NCBI GenBank assembly: GCA_965287045.1
Contig: OZ336871.1
Span: forward strand, 94,240,001-94,304,000
Origin: Carcharhinus amblyrhynchos
Lineage: Eukaryota
Length of the DNA stretch: 64,000 bases
Direction: 5' to 3'
Program-made: the position numbers and the translations under genes
Part shown: in pieces, positions 1-13,358 of the stretch
How the letters are laid out: the number at the start of each line of letters is the position of its first letter
Numbering within the stretch: the first letter of the stretch is position 1
Notes under the pieces: model-generated
Seen by the model: the letters and a program-made list of their open reading frames with translations, nothing else
The model's database searches: none
Told to the model about the DNA's origin: nothing

Positions 1-92
1 GCACATTAAATATAAACACAAGGAGTTGACATTAAATTTGTATATGACATTGGAAAGGCCACAGCTGGAATAATTTTGCAATTCTGGGCACT
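1..92 (+). mobile_element. Old CR1 LINE ORF2 fragment
   Basis: Degenerate match to the CR1 'EYKSREV.L.LY..LVRPQLEYC.QFW' coding segment seen in younger copies in this window; cut off by a SINE. Confidence 0.6.
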
Positions 93-95
93 TAT

Positions 96-408
96 GAAAT
101 CAGAGAATCCCTACAGTGCAGAAGGAAGCCATTTGGTCCATCAAGCCTGCACCGATAACAAACCTATCTAGGCCCTATCCCACAACATTCACCATGTAGT
201 CTTCCTGACACTATGATGCAATTTACCATGGCCAATCAATCTAAGCCATGTATCTTTGGACTGCGGGAGGAAACTGGAGCACCTGCAGGAAACCCCACGC
301 AAACATGAGGAGAACATGCAAATTGCACACAGACAGTAACCTGAGAATTGAATCAGGGTCCCTGGCACTATAAGGCAGCAGTGCTAACCACTGTGCCACC
401 ATGCCACC
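96..408 (-). mobile_element. tRNA-derived V-SINE (HE1-like)
   Basis: Reverse complement has a tRNA-like head (GGTGGCACAGTGGTTAGCACTGCTG), V-core (GTGGGGTTTCCT...CTCCAGTTTCCTCCC) and CR1-type tail; homologous to 28486 and 52266 copies. Confidence 0.9.
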
Positions 409-1410
409 CTTCAGTGAAAAAAAACTTAAGATCATGGCATGGATGAAACAAGGAGATATTTGTACTTGTACAGTATTTTTAATGACCTCAGGATATCCAA
501 AAGAACAATCAATAACATAGTTGTCAAGTGTAGATATAGATATCATGTCAGGAATTAGATTATCCTAAGGAAGAAAAGTGGAGAAAGGGCATTTTATCAA
601 TGGAAGAGTGTTAAAATAGATCTGAACAAGTCTATTTTATAAAGCAAGGTTTTCAGAGCTTAAGCATCAAAGGATAATATCCACTGGTTTCCAAATAACC
701 AGCAAGGGGATAGAGACTGAAGTGTACATGAGACAAGTACAGTGAAAAGTTAGAGGAATACTTTGTTCACAGTAAGTGTTATTAGAATATGGCAAGCTTT
801 ACGACTATTAGCTTCAAAAATAGAGACCATAGGCCGGATTTTCACAGTGATGGAAAAACTGAGTTCAAACAGTGTGGGAGAGTCACACATTGAAAGAGTG
901 GGTGTAAGTAGTCTTGATGGTTGGATAAGGCCTCTGTAACAGTTATGATCTGAAGTTTTTAAATGCACTGTTCTTAAACTTTAACAGAAAACAGATTGCA
1001 GATGTCTTTGAAAGTTCATCAAAGCAACCCATCTGCTGAGCTGCTTTGATTAACAGGCATCTGTTAGAAAGAAAAGTAGCATCTGGTTGTGCTGTCTAAA
1101 TAGAGCTCTTTGTAAACACTATGCCAAGGGCATAGCATTATGTTATGAATGCTTGGCTTGGTTTCAAAAGCTACAATGATCTCAGCAAGGGTTTCTGAAT
1201 TTACAATTTAATTGGCAGCTTAAATATACTATTGACAGATTGGCTGTCTTTGATTTGAATACTAGACAGGCATTTATTAGTTTTTAGAAGGAATTAATCA
1301 CATGCAGTGATTGAAAAGCTTTAAGAGGATTTCAAGAATGGGATTTATTTCGCTATCAAGTAGGTAGGAGTGAGAACTGTATTAGCTTGTTAAAAGTTCA
1401 TATTTTTCAT

Positions 1411-1588
1411 TTCCACATGGGAAGGATGCAGGTTATGTTGATTGGCCATGCTGAATTGCCACTCAGTGTCAAGGAGGTCAGCAGTGTGCATATGTGAGGT
1501 TACAGGGACAGGGCCTGGGTGGGATTGTTGTCTATGCAGATTCAATGGGCCGAATGGCCTCCTCCTCTGCTGTAGCTATTCTACGATT
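1411..1588 (+). mobile_element. 3' half of HE1-like V-SINE
   Basis: GTTGATTGGCCATGCT...GGGCCTGGGTGGGATTG...GGGCCGAATGGCCT...CTGTAG matches the 3' half of full copies. Confidence 0.85.
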
Positions 1589-4500
1589 ACATAATTCTAA
1601 TGTGGTCAGCCCATGGTGGATACTAGATGAGTGGCTTTGGATATAGCATGGGGCAGCATGGGGCTGGGTGAAGATTGCAAGTTGACATGGAAGTGACATG
1701 AACGATAGGAGAGACCGTGGCTAGTGTGTGGGGGTATGAAGGGGCATGAGTGTGTGGGGGGGCTGCGTTGTGAGAGATCAAAGCTAGAGGATCACCAACT
1801 TTAAGAGCAACTGGGGCCAAGTTTAGAGAAACAAGGTCAGCTTTTTAACCAGCAAACTGGCTTTCTGAAATAAAATAGACTACATCTTCATTTTTGAGGA
1901 ATTGGAAAAAAAAGATTTAAAAAGATATGGCAAACGGGTAGAAGGCATTATTGGCAAATGCCATCCAGAGTAATTTTCAGGTATCAGGAGGAGATTAAGT
2001 ACTGCAATCTTAGTGTTTTGTTACTAAAACAAATACATAGTTGTGTTCCTGTCAACATTTTTTTTATTTTCACTGCTTTACTTCAACAAATATTATATTG
2101 CATTTACTTTATTTATAAAATATTGATTTGTTGTTCATTCCCATTCTAAAGGGTAGACAACAGGCAGGTGAGCATTTGGATTTCATGTGGCAACTTTGCC
2201 ACTGCCATTCCACTGGTTGGAATTTTAACTTTGGAGCAGGGAAGTATTATCAGAAGACAGTGAGATCCTGTGTTAAATTTGCAGATTGGACTATCATGGC
2301 ACTGGCCACATTTTAAACCACAGAACTGTGTTGAAGTTCAATAGGAGCAGCAAATGATTCCCTTGTGGGCTGGAAAAAGATGCATGCTTCTTCAGGGATC
2401 CCAAGGAAAGCTCTAATATGCCCTGCCCTGAATTACGCTCCCTTCCCTAATTGTGATGTTCTTCTAACATCTACTTAACTGCTTAAGGTCACTGGCACCA
2501 ACTTCCTGTCACCGCAATCCCCTCCCTGTCCATTGGCCAAGTAATTTTCTCCATTGGCGTCAGATGGGAGACAGTTATGGGCAGATGAGATCCAATGCTG
2601 TGGAAAGTCAATGGTTTACTGCCTGCCTCGGTGCCACCTATATGACTCTCACCAGCATTACAGGTTGGTCATTCGGAATGTGGCTTCCATTTCTAAACAG
2701 GGAGTGACACTGATTTAATTTAATTACAAAATACAGCCTCCAATAGGCAAGGGTCCCCACACACTGAAAAATTGCTGGATCGCACTAATGAAGTGATCAG
2801 GCCAGTTTTATGTTTCCAGGATGGCACTGGGTACTCTGCCAATGAGAAAGCCCAGAGCCTCAATGCAGTACATGCTGCCAAAGTTAGTTACATTCCAAAG
2901 ATAAAACAAATTGAAACATCAGTAAACTACCCTAGGGTTATTTATACAATAATGCACTCAAGTTATGTACATAGATCACATGATTTGTTGTGACACTAGT
3001 TGAATGGTAAACTACATATCAATACAGTAAAATATAATTGACACATTTTTGAGTTTATCATTACTACGAGAATTTATGGAATGTTAAAATGTAAACCATG
3101 TAGACATAACAAATAAAGATTTGAGTGAAACATTCTTACTGAACATTGTGATCAACCTTGCAGCAATCTGATGTAATATATACAGGAAGATGACAACTTT
3201 GCACATTAGACTGGAATGTATTTTACTGGCCCTTCAATAGCAGAAATTGGCTATAGAAGAGGTAGAGGAAGTGTGAGTAATGGTCCAGTGAAATATCAGG
3301 AATCTGCATTGGGAATGGCTCCCAATCACTGTTCTGCTGTTGGGAAAGGTTTCCAATGGCCCTCTGCCACTCCACATGGGCTGACGTAATTATGAGTCCA
3401 ATTACAACGTGCCCAGCATGTTGTTGATGGCTAACTGGAAGTGGTTCCTTGCAGGCCTCCAGGAGACAATCAGAGTTGGCAATCCCAAATCCCACAGAGA
3501 GTGCTATGGGCATGAAATGCACCCTCAGTACTCCCAAGGGGGTCAAGGGAGAGGAATGGCCAGTTGGGGGAGGGGGGGGTGGGTGGAGTGGTGAGGGCAG
3601 GAGCTCCCAGGTCCTGTAGGGAAGCCATCCCAAATCTGACGGGGCCTTCAGAGTGTAGTCTCCCCCTCACTTTCGCATTCATGATTGAGCAAAGTTGAAA
3701 AATGGATTTCCTGCTTGCCCGTGTGATGACCTAAAAATCCCACAGGCAATGTAATATTCCAGGCAATATGGTAGATAGTCCTTTCAGTGTCAGCAGAAAC
3801 ACTGCCGATCTGTGCCTGTGCCAACAAAACAAAATATCGTGCAGATGCAAGATGCATGCCTGATATCATCACATATTAATTTAAGTTCTTCCAAGTCGGG
3901 CATGTCCCACCTAGCCCATCGAATTATAGAATGGTGATAGGGCAGAAGGAAGTTATTCGTCCTGTGCTGGCACTTCATAAAAACAACCCTGTTAGTCCCA
4001 CTCCACAGTCTCGTATTTTCATGTGCTTATCCAAATCAATTTTGAAAGTTAATACTGAATCTGCTTCCGCCAATATTGCCAGGTAGTAAATTTCAGATTC
4101 TGACTAATTGCACGAAAACACTTTCCTGCATTTTGCTACTGCTTCTGTTGTCAATCACCTTCAATTCATATCCTCTGGATTTTGACTATTTCGCTAATGG
4201 AAGTAGTTTCTCCCTATCTACTTCATCCTCTACAGAGCTCTCATGATTTTGAACTTTCACAATATTCTCCCAAACCAACTTCATGGTTTATTACGACCAT
4301 CTTATTCAGTCTTATAAATTCAAACTCAAGTATCCATTCTTCTGCGTTTCACAGAATTCAAAACTTCATGGAACACACTGAACCACATTGTGGATTGTAA
4401 TATGTATGCAACAGTATGTGTTTCAGTTATACTGACATTTTGGACCAATTTATGGCTTCTTCTTCAACTGAATCATTTACCATGGATACAGAAAACATTT

Positions 4501-5763
4501 TAACAAAGCATTTACTATGTCAAGTAACTTGTTCAAGTGATACTTGAGATTCAAAATCATTAAGGAACTATTTAGTCAGTGTTTCATAGGCAAGGCAAAT
4601 GTACCATTTTCAGCATTGAGAATCTGGATTGTTTGGATGAGATAATTCCCTCAGAACATTCTGTCAAGCTTCAGCCTTTCAACAACCAGCTGTAACAATA
4701 AAGCTATTCACATGAATGCTGAGGTTGATTTCAAAACAGAAATCATGCCTCACCCTCTCCCAGATTTGTATTTATGTCTGTGTTGTTACAGTCTATGTCT
4801 ATATGAGTTTAATAACTAATTTTATTACAACAATAATTTTCAGAACTCCTGCAACAGTAGGGTTTCTTTGTAGACTGCTCTGTGTTGCTGCAGTTTTATG
4901 TAATGAGCATGACTCATAAAGTAAATGAAACAAGTATAACTATTTTATGAGAATATGGTCAAAATTGCTATTCCTGTTTTAATATTCAAAATGCTGTTTT
5001 TTTAAGATTTGTAATATAAATAGTATAATATATCACAAGATTAAAGGCCAGCAATGGAAAACCGCAATGAGTGGTTATGAAAAATAGAATTGAGTTGTAT
5101 CAGGTTTATTAGCAATACTTGTGATAATCTAATCCACTCTTAGCTTCTACATTCATGTTCATTTTGAATTGTAAATGTGATGGAAACGTCATATAACTCA
5201 ACTGGTACACCATCTGTCCAAATAAGATTACGCTTCCAACTGCAAGTTATTTCCTCTGAAGCATAGTACTTCTGATAACTCATGATCGTCATGGCAGGAT
5301 TATCTTCAGTTTGCAAACTATTGCTCTGAAACCATGCATATTTGATTCAAATATGTCAATGAGAAAGCCAGTGTCTTGAGAGGTTTTGCCTGTCCCAAGT
5401 GGTGGAGAAGGTTGAGTTGGTACATGGGGATTAAATAAGGCAATGATGTGAGTAAGCATGGATGCCTTTACTCATCCGTGATACATAAATTTAAATAAGT
5501 TAGATAAAAAGAATAAAAGGGTATGAAGGGTTTTGATGGTAAGACAGTTGCTAACTAGAGGACAAAGATTATAAAAAACAGAAGGGAGGTGAGGTCAGCT
5601 TGTCTTAATACAGCAAGGTTTAATTAACTTGAATGCATCACGGGTAAAGACAGCAAAAGCAGATTCAACTGTAACTTTTAAAAGAGGAAATGATAAACAC
5701 TGAAGAGGAAGAATTTGCAGGTTGAAGAGGAAAGAGCGCAGGAGTAGAACTAGTACGTAAAGT

Positions 5764-6046
5764 TAATGTTTATTTACTAGTGTCACAAGTAAGCTTAATT
5801 TAAAACTGCAATGAAGTTACTGTGAAAATCCCCTAGTTGTCACTGACTCCGGTGCCTGTTTGGGTACAGTTGAGGGAGAATTTAGCATCACCAATGCAAC
5901 TAACCAGCACGTCTTTCGGTCTGTGGGAGGAAACACACCGAGACGCAGGGAGAAAGTGCAGACTCCACACAGACAGTAATCCAAGCTGGGAGTCAAACCC
6001 AGGTCCCTGGCGTTGTAAGGCAGCAGTGCTAACCATTGTGCCACCA
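5764..6046 (-). mobile_element. V-SINE with HE1-like head and core but a different 3' tail
   Basis: Head and V-core as in the other copies, followed by ACAGGCACCGGAGT...ACTAGGGGATTTTCACAGTAACTTCATTGCAG...CTTGTGACACTAGTAAA instead of the CR1 tail. Confidence 0.8.
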
Positions 6047-6050
6047 TTCT

Positions 6051-6200
6051 GGGGAGACAGTGTCATAGCATTAATGTTACTGAACAAGTTATGGCCAAAT
6101 TAATGCCCTGGGGACAGGAGCTCAGATCGCCTCCGGGCGGCTGGTGGAATTTAAATTCAATTTTTTTTAAAATCTGGAATTAAAGCCAGCCTGAGTAATA
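6051..6200 (+). mobile_element. 5' part of second tRNA-derived SINE family
   Basis: Homologous to the 5' ends of copies at 25322, 32612(-) and 49447(-) (GGTGGAATTTAAATTCAA...AAATCTGGAATTAA). Confidence 0.7.
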
Positions 6201-6204
6201 TAAT

Positions 6205-7395
6205 TTCATTCACGGGATGTGGCGGTTGCTTGTTAGATCAGCCTTTATTGCTCAATCCTAATTGCCTTGAGAAGTTGGTTAGGAGTTGCTTCTTGAACCA
6301 CTGGAGTCCCTCTGTGGGTACACTCACAGTGCTGCTCGGGAGGGAGTTCCAGAATTTTGACCCAATAGCAGTGAAGGACCAATGATACATTTCCAACTCA
6401 GGATGCTGAGTGACTTGGAGGGGAACCTCAACATAGTGGTGTTCTCATGTGTGTGCTGCCCTTGTCCTTTTAGATGGTGGCAGTCATGACTATGGAAGAT
6501 GCTGCCCAAGGACTCATGGTGAGTTCCTGCAATGCATCTTACAAATGATACACATGGCTGCCACTGTTCATCAGTGATGGTGGGAATGAATGTTGGTGAA
6601 AGGTGTGCCAATCAAACAGGCTTCTTTGTATTGGTTGGTGTCAAGCTTCTTGAGTGTTGTTGGAGCTGCACCATCCAGACAAGTAGAGATTTTTTAATCA
6701 CAGTCCTGACGTACATTGTAGATTGTGGATAGGTTTTGGGGAGTCAGGAGGTGAGTTACTTGCCAAAAGATTCCTCGCTGCTGACTTGCTTTTATAGCCA
6801 CAGCATGGACTACTTCGGTATTTGAGGATTTGCAAATGATGTTGAATATTGTGCAGTCATCAGTAGACATCACCACTTCTGATCTTATAATGGAAGAAAG
6901 TTCATCATTGCTGAAGCAGCTGAAGATGGTTGGGCATAAGACATTATCCTGATGGACTCCTGCAGAGATGTCCTGGAAACAAGATGATTGGCCTCCAAAC
7001 ACCACAACCATCATCCTTTGTGCCAGGTATGACTCCAATCAATGGAGGTAGGTTTTATCTCTAAACATAAGAACATAAGAAATAGGAGCAGGAGTAGGCC
7101 ATCTAGCCCTTCGAGCCTGCCCCGCCATTCAATAAGATCATGGCTGATCTGAAATGGATCAGTTCCATTTTCCCGCTTTCTCCCCATAACCCTTAATTCC
7201 TTGTCTATCAGAAACCTATCTACCCTGATACCTATTAACTCCAATTCTGGAGCCAAAGATGCCATACTTGGTCATTTGCTCCTGATGCAGTCACTCTCAT
7301 GTCACCTCTGGAATTTAGCTCTTTTGCCCACGTTTGAATCAAGAGCTGAGTGGCCCTAGGAGAATCCATATTGAATGTCCATGAGCAGGTGCAAT
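6205..7395 (-). mobile_element. Degenerate CR1/L2-group LINE RT and 3' end, interrupted by a CR1 tail
   Basis: ORF 6694-7038 GVHQDNVLCPTIFSCFSND...STDDCTIF is decayed GVPQGSVLGP...FADD; 3' end CAAGGCAATTAGGATTGAGCAATAAA is shared with the second SINE family. Confidence 0.85.
7064..7228 (-). mobile_element. Short CR1 3' end nested in the older LINE
   Basis: (AACATAAG)n tail plus GGAGCAGGAGTAGGCCATCTAGCCC...AATAAGATCATGGCTGATCT, homologous to the 3' UTR at 61900-62040. Confidence 0.9.
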
Positions 7396-7404
7396 AGAAT
7401 TATT

Positions 7405-7735
7405 ATTGATTACCATAAAACCCTTCCTGTTCTTTAGAGAAGGAAATCAGCCATCCTTACCTCGTCTGGACTCAAGTTCTGCAGCAAATTGGTTGACTCT
7501 TAATTACCCTCCGAAGTGACCTAGCAAGTCACTCAGTTAAACCAGAACACTATAGAAAGGTCAAAAAGGAATGAAATCTGACACACAGTCTGTCAGCCTA
7601 GCACCACTGTGGGTGAACCTGCACCAGATGACCTTCGACAGTTCAAGGAGGTAGCTCAGCATCACTTCCTCAAGGGCAATTAGGGATGGGCAACAAGTGC
7701 TGGTCTTGCATCCCATCTTGTGAATGAATAAATAT
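7405..7735 (+). mobile_element. 3' part of second SINE family
   Basis: GAAGGAAATCAGCCATCCTTACC...GGTTGACTCTTAA...CTAGCAAGTCACTCAGTT...CAAGGGCAATTAGGGATGGGCAA. Confidence 0.75.
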
Positions 7736-8099
7736 AAATGGGAGTGCCCTTTCCAAAAGTTTGACGCAGGCAAAATAGGCCAAATAGCTTCAGTTTGTGC
7801 TGTATGATTCTATGAAACTAAACTTCAACTAGAGATAAATATATTTGTGCTTAGACGCAAGGGAACATTGTTCAGGTTTATTTCCATTGAGGCTTCTAAT
7901 TTAAATGTTTTTAGAAGTGAATCTCTGAAGGAGAACACCCATGGAAATGTGCTCCCAAAAACAAATTTCTTCTGTTCTTTTAAGAGATGTGTATAGAATA
8001 CATTATATTGCAAAAATACAAGGAATCTTATAATGACCTTTACATCACAGAAGTAGGCCAACTCATTGTTTCTGTGTCGTTCAATAAAGATCTGACTAC

Positions 8100-9830
8100 A
8101 CTACTCCCATTTTCCAGCGCTTGCCTGTAGCCCTGGAGATTATGGGAGTGCAAGTGAATATTGAAATACTTCTTACATGTTATGAGAGTTTCTGACTCAC
8201 CGTTTCAGGCAGTGAGTTCCAGATTCCCACCATCCTCTCGATGAAAATGTTTCTCCTTAACTCCCCTCTTAGCCTTCTACTGCTATGCCCCTGGTTACTG
8301 ACCCCTCTCCCAATGGAAATTGTCTCTTCCTATCCACCCCATCTATGTCCCTCATATCTCATACACCTCGATTAGGTTCCTTCTCAGCCTTGGCTGCCCC
8401 AAGGAAAACAGACCAGCTTATTCAATCTTTCAACATAGCTCAGATCCCCCAGCCCTGGCAGCCCTGGTAAATCTCTTCTGCCCCCTCTCCAGAGTAATCA
8501 CGTCCTTCTTGTAATGTGGTGACCTGAACTGCACACAGTACTCCAGTTGTGACCTAACCAGTGTTTTAAACAGTTCCAGCATGACCTTACTGCTCTTGTA
8601 TTCTATGCCTTAGCTGACAAAGACAAGTATTCCATATGCCTTCTTAACCACCTTATCTCTCAGGATCCCTGCAGAGCCCTATCATTCATTGTGTAATCCT
8701 TTGCCTTGTTTGCCCTCCTCAAGCGCATTACCTCACACTTTTCTGGGTTGAATGCCATTTGCCACTGCTGTACCCACCTGACCAATCCATTGATATCCTC
8801 CTGCAAGCTAGAGCTATCCTCTTCATTATTTACCATCCTACCAATTTTTGTCTCATCTGCAAACTTCTTGGTCCTTCTCCCTACATTTAAGTCCAAATCA
8901 TTGGTGTATGCCTCAAATAGCGAGGGCCAAGCACTGAGCCCTGCAGAACCCCACTGGTAAGAGACTTCCAGTCACTGAAACATTCCTCTATCATCACTCT
9001 CTGCTTCCTGCCTCTCAGCCAATTTTGGATTCAATGTGCCACTTTATCTTGATTCCCATGGACCTTGTTTGACCTGTCTGCCATGAGGTACAAAAGCCTT
9101 GCTAAAAGTCCGTTTAGGCCACATCAAATGCATTACCCTCATCAATATTCCTGGTTGCCTTCTGAAAAAATTTGATTAAATTTGTCAAATATGACCTTCC
9201 CTTAACAAATCCATGCTGACTATCCCTGGTTATTCCATGTCCATCCAAGAGATATCCAACAGATATACTCTGTTCCTCAGAATTCTTCCTAGAAACTTCC
9301 CCACCACCGAGGTTAGACAGACTGTCCTAGGATTTACTGATTTGATTTATTATTGTCACATATATTAACATACAGTGAAAAGTATTACTTTTTGCGTGCT
9401 ATACAGAAAAAGCATACTGTTCCTAGAGAAGGAAACAAGGGAGTGCAGAATGTAGTGTTACAGTCATAGCTAAGGTGTAGAGAAAGATCAGCTTAATGCA
9501 AGGTAAGTCCATTCAAAAGTCTGACAGCAGCAGAGAAGAAGCTGTCCTTGAGTTGGTTGGTAAGTGATCTCAGACTTTTGCATCTTTTTTCTGAAGGAAG
9601 AAGGTGGAAGAGAGAACGTCCGGGGTGCATGGGGTCCTTAATTATGCTGGCTGCTTTGCCAAGGCAGCAGTAAGTGTAGATAGAGTCAATGGATGGGAGG
9701 CTGATCTATTCTGGTCTATCTCTACTTCCCTTTTTAAACAATGGGACAATGTTAGAAGTCCACTGGGCAGAGAGGATTTGAAAATTACTGCCAGTTCCCC
9801 TGATATCTCCTCCCTTGCCTCCCCCAACAA
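8100..9830 (-). mobile_element. Degenerate CR1 LINE ORF2 (RT) fragment, split by a Rex1/Babar insertion
   Basis: KFADETKIG...LQEDINGLVRW...FNPEKCEVM (8660-8896) and RILLGEAREEISGELAVIF (9710-9830). Confidence 0.9.
9338..9703 (-). mobile_element. Rex1/Babar-type LINE 3' fragment
   Basis: Encodes decayed 'SIDS.YT.RCLGKAASIIKDP.HPG..LF.LLPSG' C-terminus; (AAATC)n tail; five homologous copies in the window. Confidence 0.85.
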
Positions 9831-9899
9831 TATTCTGCAATCCACATGAAGATCTTTGGTCAGTAATTTGATTTTTTTGTGCTTAAGAGTGGGAGAATC

Positions 9900-10222
9900 T
9901 CTGGTGAGCCATGCTTCCTGCTATAAAGCTATAAACCTCTGACAACGGGCTAGCAACCTGCTCCATAAAAACCTTGCTATGGGAACAAATGAAAGTCTGC
10001 CTTGTGTACCACTAGATGTGGGAAGTGAAACAATAACAAAATTATCTAACACCAACAACTCTGGCAACCCACTAAATGAAAACCAACTTCTTAAAACCTC
10101 AGTAGTTTTGGCAATTGTTAGGCATTCACTCAACATTTATTCACATGTTTTGGCTGTCAGCCTTCCACTTCAAAGAAATTATTATGTGCTTTTTCCGATA
10201 GTTTATGTGTGTTTGACCATGG
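9900..10222 (-). mobile_element. Gypsy LTR-retrotransposon integrase relic
   Basis: TAKTTEVLRSWFSFSGLPELLVLDN resembles the integrase core 'T...LR..F...GLPE.LVSDNG'. Confidence 0.7.
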
Positions 10223-11433
10223 TGTCATGAAATCACAGCCTTTTATGTTTCTTTTTTAATCCTGCAACTGAAACCCTGTAGTTTGAAATGAGACAGCACA
10301 ACCTGCTTTAAAAATGTGAGGTCACTTTCCAAGGTGAGAAAAGCAATCAGTACCTGCCTCCAACACCCTTCATGAAGAAATGTGAAGAGAGAGATCAAAA
10401 CCCAACACTGAGGAACATATTAAAAATACAAAGTGCTGAACTTTAATCAACTGTAATATTATCATGGGGAACCACTCACCAGCCAGGATACACAACCAAG
10501 AGGCATTCGAACCACCTGCAGAGAATGAAAGAACCCCATCTCCCACTGATTTTCACTATCTTGAAATGTGTCAAAGGTTTGTGAGATGAAACGTCAAAAT
10601 GTGATGACAGCACACATGGTAATCGATTTTCCTTGGGGTATACCGCGAGCAGGATTTTAAGAACTAAGTTTGTCTTGCAGAAGCACAGGAATTTGGAGAA
10701 TCTCTCTCTCTGAAGTTAGGTAAAGCCCAATTGCCACAGCCTAAAATTTTAGCATGAGAAATAGTGAACATCCATTGGTCAGAACATCAGGAGAATCTCA
10801 TCGATCTCTGGAAGATGGATTATAACAGCTTCTTCTCTGCTGCCATCAGAATGGACCTACCTTATATTAAGTTGATCTATTTCTACACCCTAGCTATGAT
10901 TGTAACACTACATTCTGCACCCGCTCCTTTCTTCTCTATATATGGTATGCTTTGTATAGCATGCAAGAAACAATATGTACTGTATATTAGTACATGTGAC
11001 AATAGTAAATCAAATCAAAAACAAATTGTCTCCATAAAATGCAGTTACATGGACTTCAGTTCAACTCTGGGATTTTAAAGTAATCAGCTAACTTAAAATG
11101 ACCACAACATTCAACAATCTACATCTAAGGACTTAACATATTCTTTTAACTTTCTATTTGGACTCTAATTTTCCTTACTTCTGACATTTGTGTGTCTGTA
11201 ATGCCATATCTTATTTTTTCCTCAGGTTCAGTAGCTAATAAACTTGCTATTTCTTTGACTCAAGAGAAACTTGTGAATGGTTCCTTATTGTTCACTGCAT
11301 TGCTAGTAAAAAATACATTTGCATTTGGAAAAGGTAGCCATGGGGAAAATAAATGGAAAAAATCTTTGCTGCGTTCAGGCAAGGAGGCTGAATAGGGGGA
11401 AGCCAGTTCATTCCTTCTTACCTGGCTGTAACA
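10223..11433 (+). mobile_element. Solo LTR with 4-bp TSD
   Basis: Begins TGTCATGA and ends GTAACA; flanked by ATGG (10219-10222 and 11434-11437); AATAAA near 11237; splits the Gypsy pol relic. Confidence 0.8.
10824..11018 (+). mobile_element. Rex1/Babar 3' fragment nested in the solo LTR
   Basis: AACAGCTTCTTC...CATGTGACAATAGTAAATCAAATCAA, homologous to 30440-30653. Confidence 0.85.
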
Positions 11434-11910
11434 ATGGAATGAAACGTACCTTCACTTCTCATATGAAGATACACTTCACAACTTATCACAAACTCTTCAA
11501 TATCTAAAAATAGCTTCTTGCTACCACTTTTGTAAGTGGTACTCTCTCTGTAATGCCTTGATGAAGTTCCTCCAACAATCTCTTTCTAAAGCTTGTTGGA
11601 ATGATAATTCATAAACCCAATACGAGACAGCCTTGAACTACACTTAGTTCATTTCTGTCTAAAATACTCCTGCAATGTACAGCCTCTTTAGGCCAGCTAT
11701 TAATGGCGCAATTGGGCATGTTATTGAGCACCTCATCGATGGGAGTTTCTTCATTAATTTCGCTGGCAGACTCCAACATGTCCTTTTTGTATGCAAAATA
11801 ATTCACAGATAACTGGATGGCTAGAAATGAATCAGTCTTCCTGGGAAACCTTGAAAGAATGTCCATATTTGCACAATCTGTTAAATTACGATATTTAATG
11901 TTGTAATGAT
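11434..11910 (-). mobile_element. Gypsy pol relic (RNase H end to integrase zinc-binding region)
   Basis: ADILSRFP...RNELSVVQGCLVLG, then RLLEELHQG...VARSYF, resembling Gypsy 'ELSV..GCLLWG...ELH.GHPG...ARSYVWW'. Confidence 0.75.
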
Positions 11911-12299
11911 GGTTGATTTTATCATTTCATCCTCCTTGCTCAAAGATTACTTTGTGGTCTCATAGCACTTTCTGTTTGTCAGATGTAGACCAGAATTCTC
12001 TGATCTAAGTGTTTAGCCAAATCTCCATTCCCTGCAGCGGGACAGAGAATCCCAACCATGAGCAACATTGGAGAATTCCAGCCGTCGTCTTACAGATCCC
12101 TACTGTAAACAACTCTGATTTCTAACCATAAGTTAAGCCAATTCCTTCCCATCAGACAGAATTTGTTCCCTTCTACTAGTATCAATGGAACATTATAAGA
12201 AATATAGGAAATAGGAAATATCATCATATTCCAATCTGATACTAACTTCATTCAACACTGAAATACTGTCATTAGGATAACTCCTCAGAATTACACCAG

Positions 12300-13358
12300 T
12301 TTTATGAAAGGGAATGTGGATTAGGGACTTGTGTTCTTTTTCTGAGATGAAAGACACTTGTAATGAAGTGAGACTTCACATTGTACCTATATATTGTATA
12401 TCTGTGTAATATACTCATTCCTATTTCTAAATTTTAAAATTGGACTGTGGCTGAACAAGATCCTTAAATTAGCTGAACCTATGCCTGTCTATGGCGCCAG
12501 AACAAAATAAGCCATTTTGTAGTTTCAGAAAACTTACACCTTTTTATCTCTGAGGAGGCACTGACAATCAATCATCTGTTGACTGCATAGCTCAATTTTA
12601 AAGGGAATTATATGCAGGCTACTTGCATTTGATAACCTACCTGGCACACAGGAGACAGAGGGTCTGGAAATACAAAGGCCCCTCAATCATTCCTTTCAAC
12701 TCATAATGCCTGGGACGTTCAGCAGTCTTTGAGACCTGGCCAAATTCCAAACCTTTGCTGAAGACCTGTTAGAGATGTGGGGTCATATGACGTTGGCCTC
12801 TGGCTTGTTGAACAAGTTAATAATACCTTGCTGAGCTAATTAACTCAGTCTGTGCTTTAACATCTCACTAGCAAGCCACATGAAGGAACCCCTGTCAGGC
12901 TGGACAACTGGCCCACCTGTCTTTCTGTTGGAAGTTCTGTGTCATTGTCAATAAGATTGATTCATCTCTGCATGTCTGTCTCATTTTGTAAAGTCAGCAC
13001 ACTAGAAAAGTGAATTCTACAACATTGGTTTCCAGCCTGTCTACTTCTGTGAGGGATTAGTTCATTGGACATTGATTCTTGACTCTTGAACTCAGTGAAT
13101 CAATATTTCTTTTCTCTGTGGTCTCTGTACTGTAGTCACTTCTTTTCTCTATCCCTCCCTAAACTATCTGAGTGTGGAGATGGTGTAGTGAATTCTCCTT
13201 CCTGTGTTTTGAGTGTGTGCAAATAAACTAACCCTCTGAGTCATTCTATTGCAAGTTTGCTGTGGGGCAATTAATAGAAACTTTGATTATACCTTTCCTT
13301 TGAAAGATATGTAGTGAGAGGACAAATTAGTGAATTAACCCTGCTCCTGTCTGTAACA
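12300..13358 (+). mobile_element. Probable solo LTR
   Basis: Ends CTGTCTGTAACA like the 10223-11433 LTR, with AATAAA at about 13222 after a GT-rich tract; 5' boundary and TSD not resolved. Confidence 0.45.
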
